DNA of 63,898 nt, the filler included, from Intoshia linei (lineage: Eukaryota > Animalia > Orthonectida), in assembly GCA_001642005.1 (NCBI GenBank). It is 8 parts of 8 records of this genome, joined end to end, with 100 filler letters (N's around TTAATTAATTAA, not from the genome) between each part and the next. Parts side by side here need not be neighbours in the genome. Positions count along the whole stretch, not along the records: positions 34,694 to 41,919 come from LWCA01001585.1; positions 42,020 to 53,165 come from LWCA01001207.1; 6 more parts are not named here. The stretch is one strand, 5' to 3'. Both the position numbers and the translations under genes were made by a program. This document shows positions 40,801 through 52,373 of this stretch, in pieces; positions within the stretch are counted from its first letter, which is position 1, and each line of letters starts with the position of its first letter. The notes beneath the pieces were generated by a model, which had not been told where the DNA came from, searched no databases, and worked only from the letters and a program-made list of their open reading frames with translations.

Positions 40801-41134
40801 CCGATAATATGGGTTCCAAGTTTTTCGTAACATCACGAAAAACAAATTTACTTTCAATATTATCGAACCAGCCAACACGGAGCAAACGAACAAAAGCCTA
40901 AATTATTACATTAGTTTAAAAATACAGCAAACAATACTTGAATTAATCTCGTCTGTACATATGTATGCATTTGCACATCAGATGTGAGCAGGATGAGGAT
41001 TTTATTGTCTATAAATATTTTAAATTATTTTTGATAAACATACGCAATTCAAATCTAAACGTAGGCTCCAGATCAGAACCATTCACATCAATAGCAGTAT
41101 ACAATTTATTTGAAGCAAAAAATTTGATGTGGGT
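34879..41134 (-). CDS. XPO7: Exportin-7 / RanBP16-17 family, many short exons, 5' end missing
   Basis: Spliced exons read YVQTRLIQ-AFVRLLRVGWFD..FVFRDV, TTFRDNIIYDVY, SCVSFD...HVPSIWRE, ILVQFAGI..VF, ILEN, HEFCRFMYKL, ENMELAIVSVINAFRKIYL; these are colinear with XPO7 motifs (ALIQLYARITKLGWFD, SSFRD, IPTSWR, YHEFCRLL, LELAMLSFFEQFRKIY). Probable stop TGA 34879-34881. Confidence 0.88.
36779..37529. mobile_element. hAT-type MITE in an XPO7 intron
   Basis: Imperfect TIRs CATGGGTTCTCAAACT ... GGTTGAGAATCACTT. Confidence 0.5.
36960..37189. mobile_element. piggyBac-type MITE nested in the hAT MITE
   Basis: TIRs CCCTTTCACTGTCTG / CAGACAATGAAAGGG flanked by TCAA and TTAA. Confidence 0.7.
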
Positions 41135-41229
41135 CTAAAACAATAATTAAATTAATTCATATTTAAAAGGTTATAGAGTAATACGGTAGTATTTAGTGTG
41201 GTTAATAAGGTAACAAATATTCCCTTATA

Positions 41230-41387
41230 TAAAGTGGCCAGAAAAAATACGTACCATCAATTTTAGTTTATTTGGTGTTAAATGTAAAGCCAAAACTACT
41301 TATCTATGAAGACGAACAAAAATTTTCGGCTTAAAATTTATTCCAAATAAACTAAAAGTGATGGTACGTATTTTTCTGGCCACTTTA
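41230..41387. mobile_element. Short fold-back MITE (Tc1/mariner-like TIRs)
   Basis: Arms of about 65 bp: TAAAGTGGCCAGAAAAAATACGTACCATCA... and ...TGATGGTACGTATTTTTCTGGCCACTTTA around a ~30-bp spacer. Confidence 0.8.
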
Positions 41388-41464
41388 CCTTATTAGGTAT
41401 AAGGTAATGTTTTCATAATAAAGTAACAATTGATAGTGGAAAGAAGTAAGAAAAATTATACATA

Positions 41465-41919
41465 TAGGGTGATTGGTAAGTAACGCCCGATTTTTAAATT
41501 TTGACAAACCCTTGGCATGAAGCCATACATACCCGATTAATGCAAGCTTTGAATGAGTGTGATCCAGATAGACGAATGGAGTTTGCGGAATGTTTCTTGA
41601 AAAACGTAAGTGAAAATCACACGAAGAAAAGGAACTGAACCTTCCAGGATTTATGGTCTGGTGTGCGATCTCTTCATCAGGAATCACTGGACCTTTCTTT
41701 TTGATACTACAGTAACTTCACAATCTTACCTGGAAATGCTGTAAGAAAAATTTTGGCCTCGTGTACAACACCAAGAAATAATGTTTCAGCAAGATGGCGC
41801 CCGGCCCACTATGGTAGAGTGGTGCGAGAATGGTTAAATGAAAATTTTGGCGAAAGGTAGATTGGCCGTCGCGGCTTCATCGAATGGCCACCCAGATCTC
41901 CAGATCTTAGTCCATGTGA
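41465..41919 (+). mobile_element. Tc1/mariner-superfamily transposase relic
   Basis: MVWCAISSSGITGPFFF, MFQQDGA, WPPRSPDLSPC motifs with stops and a frameshift; TA|TAGGGTG terminus; cut by the gap. Confidence 0.88.
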
Positions 41920-42019
41920 NNNNNNNNNNNNNNNNNNNNNNNNNNNNNNNNNNNNNNNNNNNNTTAATTAATTAANNNNNNNNNNNNNNNNNNNNNNNNN
42001 NNNNNNNNNNNNNNNNNNN

Positions 42020-42845
42020 TCCGTAGCATGTTATCTAACGACATTATCGAACCTTCTGAAAGCTCATATCGCTTATCGTATTTCTTTGTAAAGAAAAAAG
42101 ATGGTACTCACAGATTAGTATTAGATTTCCGTCGTCTAAATCGAATAACTGTACCTGATGCCTATCCAACGGCAAATCAACAAACTATCATCGATAGTAT
42201 GGCAAACAAAAATGTATTCTCGGTTTTTGACCTGTCAGCAAGCTTTTGGCAATTACCACTATATTCTAAGGATAAACAGAAGACGGGCTTTGCAATATCA
42301 AGAAAACTTTTCCAATCCAAAGTAATGCTGTTTGGTCTCGTGAATTCACCTGCTACCTGTCAACGGATAATGAACAAATTTAATTTCGATTTACCAAATG
42401 TACAAGTTTATATGGATGATATAATGGTAGCTTCTCCAGACGTACAGGAGCATTTACGGGATCTAGAGACACTATTCAATAGACTAAAAGAAAATGGTAT
42501 CACACTGAAACCTTCAAAATCACAAATAAGTCTTTCAGAAATCAAATTCATAGGTCACGTGATTAATGGATCAACAGTAAGAATGGATAATGATAAGGTC
42601 GATGCTATTCTCAAACTCAACCAACCAAAGAATGTACATAAAGCACGTAGGTTTTTAGGATTATGTAACTACCACAGCGGTTTCCTCAAAAACTACTCAG
42701 ATATTTCATCACGAACCAAATTAACCAATAAAATCAAAACAACAATCCCTCTTTAGAGATCGAAGACCTCATCGTCAAGTCAAACACCATCTAAATACCG
42801 CAACTTCACACTTGCAAGGGAGGTGTAGTAAACATATGTTTACTA
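42020..42845 (+). mobile_element. Ty3/gypsy retrotransposon fragment: RT, integrase tail, PPT and LTR start
   Basis: RT ORF 42028-42756 (KKKDGTHRLVLDFRRLN, FDLSASFWQ, FGLVNSPAT, YMDD); PPT AAGGGAGG then TGTAGT at 42824. Confidence 0.9.
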
Positions 42846-44482
42846 TAGATGGTATCCATAAATTATTTAATTATTTATTTTATCGTTTTGAATTAAAATT
42901 ACTAAATTGTTTTTACACCTATATTTTATTACAGACACTTTTTCTAACTTTTTGAAAATGTTAATGTTAAGATAATATGAACTATTTAGGAGAGACCTTA
43001 AGATAGTCATAATACAACCAAAATTTTATGTATCTTAAATACACGAATAAAATAAATGATTTTATAAATTTTAATCTAAAATATATTATTCTAAATGATT
43101 ATATAATTATTCAAAGTATTTTGTTAAAATTTATTTAAAACCGTGACTATATTTTTAATTTTGTATTATATTGTGGACAAATTTAATTCTCGTTTATATT
43201 TTTAAGTAAAATTATGTGTAACTTAGTGCAAAACGTTAATGTGTATTAATCCATAGTAAATTTCATCATATTAATAGATTATACGAGATAAATTATAAAT
43301 TTGTATGTAAGTTTAGTTTTGACAATATACCATTTTCGATTTTATTTACCGAGGCACCATTATGGATTTGTACAATTTATTAAACGTCATTTTGATTAAG
43401 AAATAATAGAATATTATGATAATTATCATAGGAAATGTTTTGAAAAATACATTTGGCATTTCGGATAAACTAAATATTATGGGAATATATTTTATCACGA
43501 TATTACGAAAATAAAAAATTAACCAATGAAGTATAAAATTGTAACCAATTCAGCCGAAAAAGCCTTACAAAAATATAAACGATTATTAAATTTGTACCCA
43601 AAAGAAGAAGAAATTCAAAATACAGTGATGATTTTTAATACATTTTCATATATATGCTTGGATTAATTACATTCCCGTTAATAATATATTTTGGGTTAAA
43701 ATTTATAAAACCTTGATTTTGTTGGTATATTGCGTTGAGGATATACAACGTTGTATAAAATTTTGGTTGGATTATGACAATCTGAAGTCTCTTATAAACG
43801 TAGACTAAAATTTTTGAAATGATAGACAAATTTCTACATTTAACCCACCACAAACACCAAAACAAAATGATAAATATAGTTATAATTTGAAATTTTTTTT
43901 TTCATATTATAGAATAACGTCAATGGAACATGACGCAGCTTAACATTATTTATTAAAATATACCAATATTATTAAATTTTCAAACAAACGAAGCATGAAT
44001 TTTGAAGTTTTTGTAAAAAAAAATTAAGAAAAACATAAAAATAAACTTAAATTTAGTTGTTTTTTGTTAATTACTTAATTGATCAACGCTAAGTCATTAA
44101 TGAGTATTTTTCAGAATTAGTCATCGGATTGTTAATTTTTTTTAAATTACATCTAATCTACTGGGTATGTTTTTGAATTTCTTCAAAAAAATATTTGATG
44201 TGACACCCTACTGTACTCCATTTTATTTAAAAAATTGACCATCTGAAATGACTATAAAAATTATCGATAGACTTCAAATCTGAGATTTGACATATTTATT
44301 TTTATTAATAAAGTGCACCAAACTATTTTATGCGGTTTGCTAGCAACTGCTACCCAATGTAAATAGCCAAGGAGAATAAATAAAATTTTCTACAATCTTT
44401 CAGTTTCATTTAATTGCGCTCAAAATTATTTATTGATTGTATACTCAATAACATTTATTTACACATTATTTCATTTAGTATA

Positions 44483-46545
44483 ATGAAATCTAATTCACCA
44501 GGATTAAATCAAAATGCTAGCGATTTTTCAAAACCGCTTTCAGAGGTAATTTAATGTGAAAAAGTAAATTCACATTACACTGCATGGCACCGAGGTGGAA
44601 TTGATTTAGACTCCATTTAAGTTATGTTTTTTAGTATTTATTAGAATAAAATTACATTTTAACCAGGGACTACTTTTTTGTACATTGTGTCATTTCATGG
44701 AGATACAACTTTAATTTTTTTATAACATTTGTAAATGTGATATCCTCGATATAATTACCTTAATAAAAGTTTCTGCGAATAGTGGGGAATTGGTGTGTTA
44801 ATTTATTGGTATGACTATAATTCAGGTGCGAAACATTGTTTAAGAAATTTCTACATTGGTTAAACAGACTATTACGAATTGAATTAAGGACTGAAATGAT
44901 TTTTATCATTTAGCAAGAAAAAATGGAAATTGAGAAAGAACAAGTAGCCATGTTAAAAGCAAAATATGGAAATTTAGCACCAAAAATCATGAAAGCTAAA
45001 TGTAATGTAGCTAAAGGACAGGTATTTTTAATTAATTAATTTTTATTGGTCACTGGTTCCTTTAAAATTAAACTATCACCATAGTTACATATTAATTAAA
45101 ATAATTGCTTTTACATTTAACAATAAAATGAACGAAATATATGCTGATCAATTAATCTACGAATATTATTAGGGAGACCCTGAAAATCTATTACAATTAA
45201 GATGATATTTTTAAGGTTAACATTAATCCTAACTTATATAAAAGGCTACGCGATTTTTATTTGTGTCTGTCTGTGTGTGTATTCCACTTTATTGAAATAA
45301 CCTACGTTCTTACAATTTTTTAAAGACCACATTTCAATTAGTTTTTACCGGGACGTATATTAAAATATATTTCAACCTCCCAATTTCACATCTTACGGGT
45401 CAAAAACCCCAATTGTCCCTCTTTTTGAAAATCAAACGAGTTGGAGAATTTAAAAAGTAATATATGCTGATGCGGATTTTAAAATCATAAACATTATCAT
45501 AAATTTAAATTTAAAAAAATTATATATTCAGGGTCAAAACCCCAAGTTACTTTTTTTTTTTTAATGAAAACAGCCCTAGAATTTCAAAAAATTTACAGGT
45601 GGTACAGTTTTAGCCTGTTAACACACATAAAAAATTTCAATCTGAATAAGTGACGCCTTCACGGTCAAAAAAGCAATTTAGTATTCATATATTTTTTTGC
45701 CGACATAATTTATTAAAACAAAAAATGTGAAATAATTAACAGTCCGAAAATTAAAAAAAAGATTATTCTGATAGAGTTTATTCCAGTTGATATAAATACA
45801 ACATGTCAACCTCAAAAATCTATGCGTTTCTTGTGAAAAATAATTTTTAATATATTATCAACCAATATTTATAAATATTTCGATTAATATTTATCTTATT
45901 ATACGTCCCGGAAAAAACTGTAATTAAAATGTGGTCTTTAAAAAATTAAGACTGGTAGTTATTTGAATAAAGTGGAACACACACACAAACAAAAATCGCG
46001 TAGCACATTATATAAGTTAGGATTTAACTATTCAAAACCAAACCAACTATGCTCGAAGTTTCTTAGTAATCAAACTTAGGCCTTAGCCATCTCATCAGAT
46101 TTTACAGTTTGACACATAAAATAATTAGATGTTAAAAAATATTTAAGTTTTTAAATAAAAAAATGAGGTGTATGGTAGTTTCTGCGGTCACTTTGCGAGC
46201 GTCTACTGTACCCGGAAACAATTCAAAACCGCTGATGTGATGATTATAGTGATAGTTTTTAACCGAAGTGAACATTCTTAATTAATTAAAATTGATACCT
46301 TTGTTTTTGATGAGATGATAAAAGTTTGACAAGAATGTTTATAAGAATGAAAAAGACAAAGTACCGCTTAAAGCACTTTTATTTTTAATAATATATTTTT
46401 TTAGAAATATTTCGATTCAGCTGATTACAGCATGGCAATGTTCAAAAATAAAGATTTACCCAATTTAACCCCTGCCTATTTGGCAAAAAATGTACATATG
46501 GAGGATGAAACTACAAATAATGTAAAAAATAAAATTAATGAATAA
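44483..46545 (+). CDS. ENSA: Alpha-endosulfine / ARPP19 (PP2A-B55 inhibitor), 103 aa, 3 exons; absent from the ORF track
   Basis: Exons 44483-44545, 44914-45021, 46405-46545 in phase; MLKAKYGNL...KGQ|KYFDSADYSMA matches the endosulfine signature LKAKY...KGQKYFDSGDYNMA. Confidence 0.92.
45227..45890 (+). mobile_element. Helitron family copy in ENSA intron 2
   Basis: A|TCCTAACTTATATAAAAGGCTACGCGATTTT + GTCT/GT microsatellite, colinear with 4019ff. Confidence 0.8.
45892..46022 (-). mobile_element. Helitron 5' fragment, inverted relative to the 45227 copy
   Basis: Reverse complement reads TCCTAACTTATATAATGTGCTACGCGATTTTTGTTTGTGTGTG...CCGGGACGTATA. Confidence 0.8.
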
Positions 46546-46679
46546 ATTAACTTGATACATTTATAAACATTTTTTTTCGTTCAGCGTGCCTGGTAATTTC
46601 ACTTTATTAACGTCATGATGATTATTAAATTTTATGCTAATACAAAATATTAATGTTAAATAATTTATCAATATTCACA

Positions 46680-47233
46680 TCATCCTTTAATTAACTTTAC
46701 AAATTGGTCCTCGTTTAACGTTTCTATACCATTCCTATCAATCTAAAATAAATTTAGTTAGATATATGATCCTTAATTTAATGAATGCATTTATAAATGA
46801 AATACCAATTGTAATTTTTTCGGTCCAGCATCTCGGCCCAGTAATACATATGATGTATCTTCGGAAATATATGTGCCATGTTCTCCGCCGTAGGCTACGA
46901 TAATATTCTCAAGTGTTTTTCGGTCATATGACTCAAATATACCAGTTGCAACAAATGTGTAACTCCTTAAACAATTAGGATAACCCTAACATAAAAAAAC
47001 TACATAATTTCTAATGGGGGTTTTCAAAATTTAATATGTACAATGTACATTGGGGTTATTCCAATTTGGACATTTTTTTGAAATTTACAAGACACATAGA
47101 TAATAATCTCCATTTGAGTTACTGTAGAATGATATAATTTTTTTTTATTATTACTACTACTAGTTAATTTACTAACATTAATTAATGTTGAAAATGAAAA
47201 TAAAGGGATAAAATTTAAAAATATTAATATCAT
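46680..47233 (-). CDS. RFC1-type BRCT domain protein copy 1 (C-terminal BRCT, no AAA+); upstream exons unresolved, possibly to about 48010
   Basis: Exon 46985-46806 GYPNCLRSYTFVATGIFESYDRKTLENIIVAYGG...TSYVLLGRDAGPKKL and exon 46742-46680 IDRNGIETLNEDQFVKLIKG*; resembles RFC1 BRCT (GAENCLEGLIFVITGVLES..YGG..TNYLVMGRD). Confidence 0.75.
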
Positions 47234-47397
47234 TCTGCAGCAAATTTAACGGGCTCGTTTTCTATATATGTCATTTTTATATTAAAAAAATGGAATAGCC
47301 CTAATGTACATTGTACAGATCCATTTCATATAAATAATTTCTGTCAACCCCTGAAGAAATTTTTTTACGAAAGGTCGTTGTACATGAAAGTAATATG

Positions 47398-47795
47398 TAG
47401 TGATGCGAGAATTATAAGGAATCGGAATCGGCAAAATTTTACCGTTTCCACGATTCCGATTCTTTTTAATTTTTTGAAATGAAAAATTATTTACACATGG
47501 ATTATGGCTCAATACATAAACCAATTAAATTTTGCGAATATTGGTTTACTTGTAGGTTTGGAGCCGTTGAAAGTTTTCTTGGCTAAATTAAACGTTTTAT
47601 TGAAATTTAATTATTAATTTTATGAAGGTTTTAAGCGTTTTTTATACTTTTTACGTAGTTTGATAAATTCGTTTATTTTTGGTTATTTTTCTAATTTAGA
47701 GATAAATAAAACTCACAAAAATACTATAATTAAAAAATATTTATAATCGAATTGATATCGGCATCGTTGAAAATTTATAAATCGTCGCATCACTA
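47398..47795. mobile_element. hAT-type MITE
   Basis: TIRs TAGTGATGCGA / TCGCATCACTA; 8-bp flanks GTAATATG / GTTATAAG (6 of 8 identical, decayed TSD). Confidence 0.75.
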
Positions 47796-48538
47796 GTTAT
47801 AAGTATCACGCTAAATACTGATTTTAGATAACCTGAGGTATTTTCCGTTGATTTAAATTAGTTGGTGGAATGTGGTTTGAATATATATAATCGGAATAAT
47901 TTTTTGAAGTTTGCGTTTTCTTTCACCAATAGTTATACAACCATTTTCTATAAACTCTATTAGCTGTCTGGGATTAATGGTCATGTGTCGTCCATACATA
48001 TCAGAAGACTAAAGTTAATCATTTCAGTATCAGTTCCCAACCGTTTAAACTTTAAAGTTTCAAGTCAACATCCCACTTTTTCACTGAGACTAGTCAAGCA
48101 TTTCAGTAAAATTTTTGTCAAGCAAAGTTAATTATTTAATTCAATTAATCCACTTTTATTTTATACTTAAATTTAGCCGGTTGAGAAATTTTGGCGAATG
48201 AATTCAGTTGAACCGTGTAATGTTAAAGTGGTACATCTTAATCTTAGATCTAATTAAGCATATTATTGATCAGCAAAATCGACCATATCGCTCTAATAAT
48301 AAATGTCTCAAATGAATATCGTTGTAAAGTCTAGAGCAGTGATTCTCAAACTTTGACCCGTCCAATATTATTAATATTTTTTAAATGTTTTATCTTTGAT
48401 TGAAAATTTTTTGTTTCATAAATTTTCTAATAATATAATAAAAATTATGGTCCATGATGGTTCTAAATTATTTTATATAGTCAAACGGAATATATACATA
48501 CGGTACAATGTATTACAATGTTAAAAAGCGGTTGAGGG

Positions 48539-48873
48539 TCAATCAAATGTGCTTTTTTTTTCTTTTACTACTTTTATAAAATGATCTTCACTGAACGAAG
48601 GAATTCTATACAATTTTATCTAAAAATATAATAATTATTATTTTATTTAGTCACAATAAAATGGAATAGATCCATGTTTAACATTATTAAAATTTTTCCC
48701 AAGATTTCAGGGTCAACATCTTTGCCTAATATAGCACAGCTCAGGAAACATTCAATATTTAGGTGAATGATTCTGCCATTGCATTTAATAATGTTCGTTA
48801 ATGTGATTATATCATATGATTTAAATATTCCTGACAGAATAAAACTTTTATTATTAAGGACATCCTTATTTAG
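48539..48873 (-). pseudogene. RFC1-type BRCT copy 2 (diverged; upstream exon-like pieces to about 50844 contain stops)
   Basis: LNNKSFILSGIFKSYDIITLTNIIKCNG...AILGKDVDP and terminal exon 48619-48539 IKLYRIPSFSEDHFIKVVKEKKSTFD*, colinear with copy 1 and with the same acceptor positions. Confidence 0.65.
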
Positions 48874-49222
48874 CTAACAAAATAATATATTATTTTATTA
48901 TAAACGTGTATGTCATGTATTTGGTACAAACATTATAAAAAATTTGTCAAGGGCGAACGTTTTCAGTTATATTTTTACATAATATTAAAATATAATATTT
49001 TTAAGATTGGTAACCAAAATTATATAAAGTATGAATTTATATTTTTTTCGTATAATGTATCCAGAATCCGAATCTATCATGCTTGAGGTCACCGAAAATG
49101 ACAATTATGCCTCTAATAAAAATTTTCAAACGATGCATAGTGTCATATAGCCCTCCACCTATTCAAGGCACTTTTCCTTGTAATTTTAAATTTAACATAA
49201 ATAATAGCTACAATATCCTTAA

Positions 49223-50345
49223 TCCTTACTTATAAAAAATAAAATGGTTAAAAATGTATGTTTCTTTCATATTAATATAACAGTTTTTCCAGAGTGATGT
49301 TTTATCGCAAATTTAAATTTCAGAAATTGAGTCATAAAAGTTAAAAACCCCAATTGTCCTTTATTTTTAAATTCAAACCGTCCTAGAATTATAAAAAATA
49401 CATTCTAATAAAAAGTTTTAAATTCATCATTATTATGATAATTTTCAATTTCAATATCTTACACCTTCACGGCCAAAACTACAAATTACCCTTTTTTGTA
49501 AAAATTAAGAAAGTCTTATAATTGTATATTATCCTAACTTATATAAAATGCGACGCGATTTTTGTTTGTCTGTCTGTGTGTGTTCAGTTTTATTTAAATA
49601 ACTACCCGTCTTAGAATTTTTTAAAGACCACATTTCAATTACAGTTTTTTCGGGACGTATATTAAGATATATTTCAACCTCCCAATTTCACATCTTACGG
49701 GTCAAAAACTCCAATTGTCCCTCTTTTTGAAAATCAAACGAGTTGGAGAATTTAAAAAAATATATATGCTGATGCGGATTTTAAAATCATAAACCTTATC
49801 ATAAATTTAAATTTAAAAAAATATCTTCTGGGCCAAAACCCAAATTACCTTTGTTTTATGCAAACAATTCTAAAATTTATCAAAATTTACAGGTGGTAGT
49901 TGTATCATGTTAACACAGATAAAAAATTTCAATCCGAATAAGTGACGACTTCAGGGTCAAAAAAGCATTTTAGTTTCATATATTTTTTTCTGAAATATTT
50001 TATTAAAAACAAAAAAATGAAATAATTAACGGACCGAAGATTTAAAAAAAAAGAAGATTATTATGATACAACTTATTTCAGTTAATATAAATACAAAACT
50101 TCACCAACAGAAATCTACGCATTCTTCCGGTGAAAAATAATTTTTAATACATCATCAATCAATATTTTTTGAATGTTTCGATTAAAATCAAAACTATTCA
50201 TCCGACAATTTCGAAAAAAATTTCTTTTAATTGCTACGCAATTTTTCATTCTCAAATATTTATTTTCATAAAATTTAACGAAATTTTAGTTTAAAACTAC
50301 AACCAATACAACTTTGTTATTATCATTTTTGTATTTATTACAATG
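49223..50345 (+). mobile_element. Two tandem Helitron family copies (5' ends at 49223 and 49532)
   Basis: A|TCCTTACTTATAAAA and A|TCCTAACTTATATAAAA starts; body colinear with the 3628/4019 and 45227 copies. Confidence 0.8.
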
Positions 50346-51471
50346 CTTTATGGTAATGTAGAGCGAATACTGTAATTTATAAATGTTGGATAAAAAATAA
50401 AATTTTATCGTAATGTATTTGTATTAGACTGTCCTGTCCCACAAAAGACGCGAATCTTTATATACATTTAAAATACAATGAAATTCTATAATTTTTTATA
50501 TTTTGAATAGGTTTTTTTTCTAAAATTTGTAATTCATTTCTTTTTTCGACTATATTGTATGTACTTAAATTCTTTGTTAATTCAGTTTTATCAAAAGTAT
50601 CAGTATTTTTTGGTGTGCTTGCAATCTATGAACTTAGATTTTGGATATTTAGTTTTAGAATCAGATTGATATACCTGTAATTTTATTTTATCAACTACAG
50701 TTTGTAAATTCAAAACAAGTTTATCTAGATAATGCAATTATATTGTGAAAAAACAAATTAAATATGCAGGGTTTCATTTAATTGTATCAAACAACATTTT
50801 TTTGCATTACTAATGCTAAAAATGTCAGGTTTGATTTCGTCCATGTTTTTTTCCTAGAATAGTCCTAGTATAATAATGTTTACACGTCAATATTAAACTA
50901 CCATGTTGAAAAAATTTCTATTTTTTGGTTCATTTAACAGTTAAACTAAAAATACGATTGTATTGTCGCACGTATAATTTAATTTATAAAGTTTAAAAGT
51001 CGATTGTCAATAGTTGCTTCGTTGTACAGGTCAATAATCAACTAATACGTAGTTAAGCGACTAAATGGAACCAATACCGCTAAAGTTATAAACATAAAAC
51101 CACCAAAAACGGTAAGTTAAAATAAGTGACTGTCAATTGAAAATGTCATTGTCAATTAATTTAGTATTGCAAGTTCCAATACATAACGAATTTGTCAATT
51201 TGGAACTTCAGAAATTCTAATACGTAACTATTAGATACAGTAAATCTGAATAACCACATGACACTTTACGCACACAAAATGTTATCAGATTACAACCAAC
51301 AAAATGTTTCAATTTTGTAAAAAAAAAACGCAATTGTATTTTTAAATTCTATTGTAAATAAAATATTGTACACTATTTTGATGCAATTTTAAATAAAGTT
51401 GTGAAGACGACATTACAAACTTTTTGAAATTACATGCATCATAAGTTTCAAGTTATAATAATTTACGCTTA

Positions 51472-52373
51472 ATGATGGATTATTTACCAAAAAATGTGAT
51501 AACATTGATTGAAAAAATGGGTAAAAACTAAAATTATGCAAAAATGTAAATTTTTAATAAAATAGGAAGTAATACACATGATATCCGCAAACGAGCTCTA
51601 AATAACATCAAATCGAAATTTGATTTAGGGATTGTAACAGTTGATCAGTTTAATAATCATGTTAAAGCGTTAATGCAATTGGAGACATTTCTACCTATGC
51701 AAACTATTCATTTTCAACTCTTAAATTGGTTAAAAATTGAAGAAAACACTGAATATTTTGAGATGGTTTTGAATATAATTTATCAATTGTGTCAAGTAAT
51801 TTTAATTTCCAGTTTTAGATTATTATTTTACGTTTCAATTTTTATAGTTTGATGATTCGGCTCGTTTTTTTTATAGGATTGATGGAATAGAAATTTTAAA
51901 TTCTATTCAAAACAAATCCAAAAAAATTGCTGAAAAATGTTTAAATTCAATTTATACTAGAACCAGTATACCTGGAAAAATTTATGGTTTATTTTCATTA
52001 TTTCATTTTTATTTTTTTCATATTATATTAAGAATTTGAATATTATAAAAAACCGAAAGCAAAGGAATGTTCGAATAAATTGGATTATGATTCTACTTTA
52101 ACCATACCAAATGGTTCCATTGTTTGTAATATGACTTGTATTGATAAAAATCAAAAAATTTTTGAAAAACATGTCAGGTTTAAATTACATAATTACATGT
52201 ATAAACTTTTATTTATACATTTTTTAATTTTTAAATTCTTTAATTATTACATTAGCTATTTTGTCAACCATTCTAATAATGAAATTAAAATTGATGAATT
52301 ATGTTTTTACTTTAACAAATTTTTGTTGGATTACAATGTCGATATTTTATTGTCAAATATACCATTTATGAAG
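51472..52373 (+). CDS. RTTN: Rotatin (centriole/basal body protein), 5' exons only
   Basis: LIEKMG|SNTHDIRKRALNNIKSKFDLGIV...LLNWL...VLNIIYQL|...DGIEILNSI and FLLDYNVDILL match the rotatin N-terminus (LIRKLGH..EIRERALKSILCK...LLEWF...GAVEFLSKL; QDFPAEIFL). Truncated before the gap. Confidence 0.8.

Noticed and set aside
43400-44460. Possible missing 5' exons of XPO7
   Set aside because: No frame gave an open, XPO7-like N-terminus; the fragments contain stops and lie beyond a gap.
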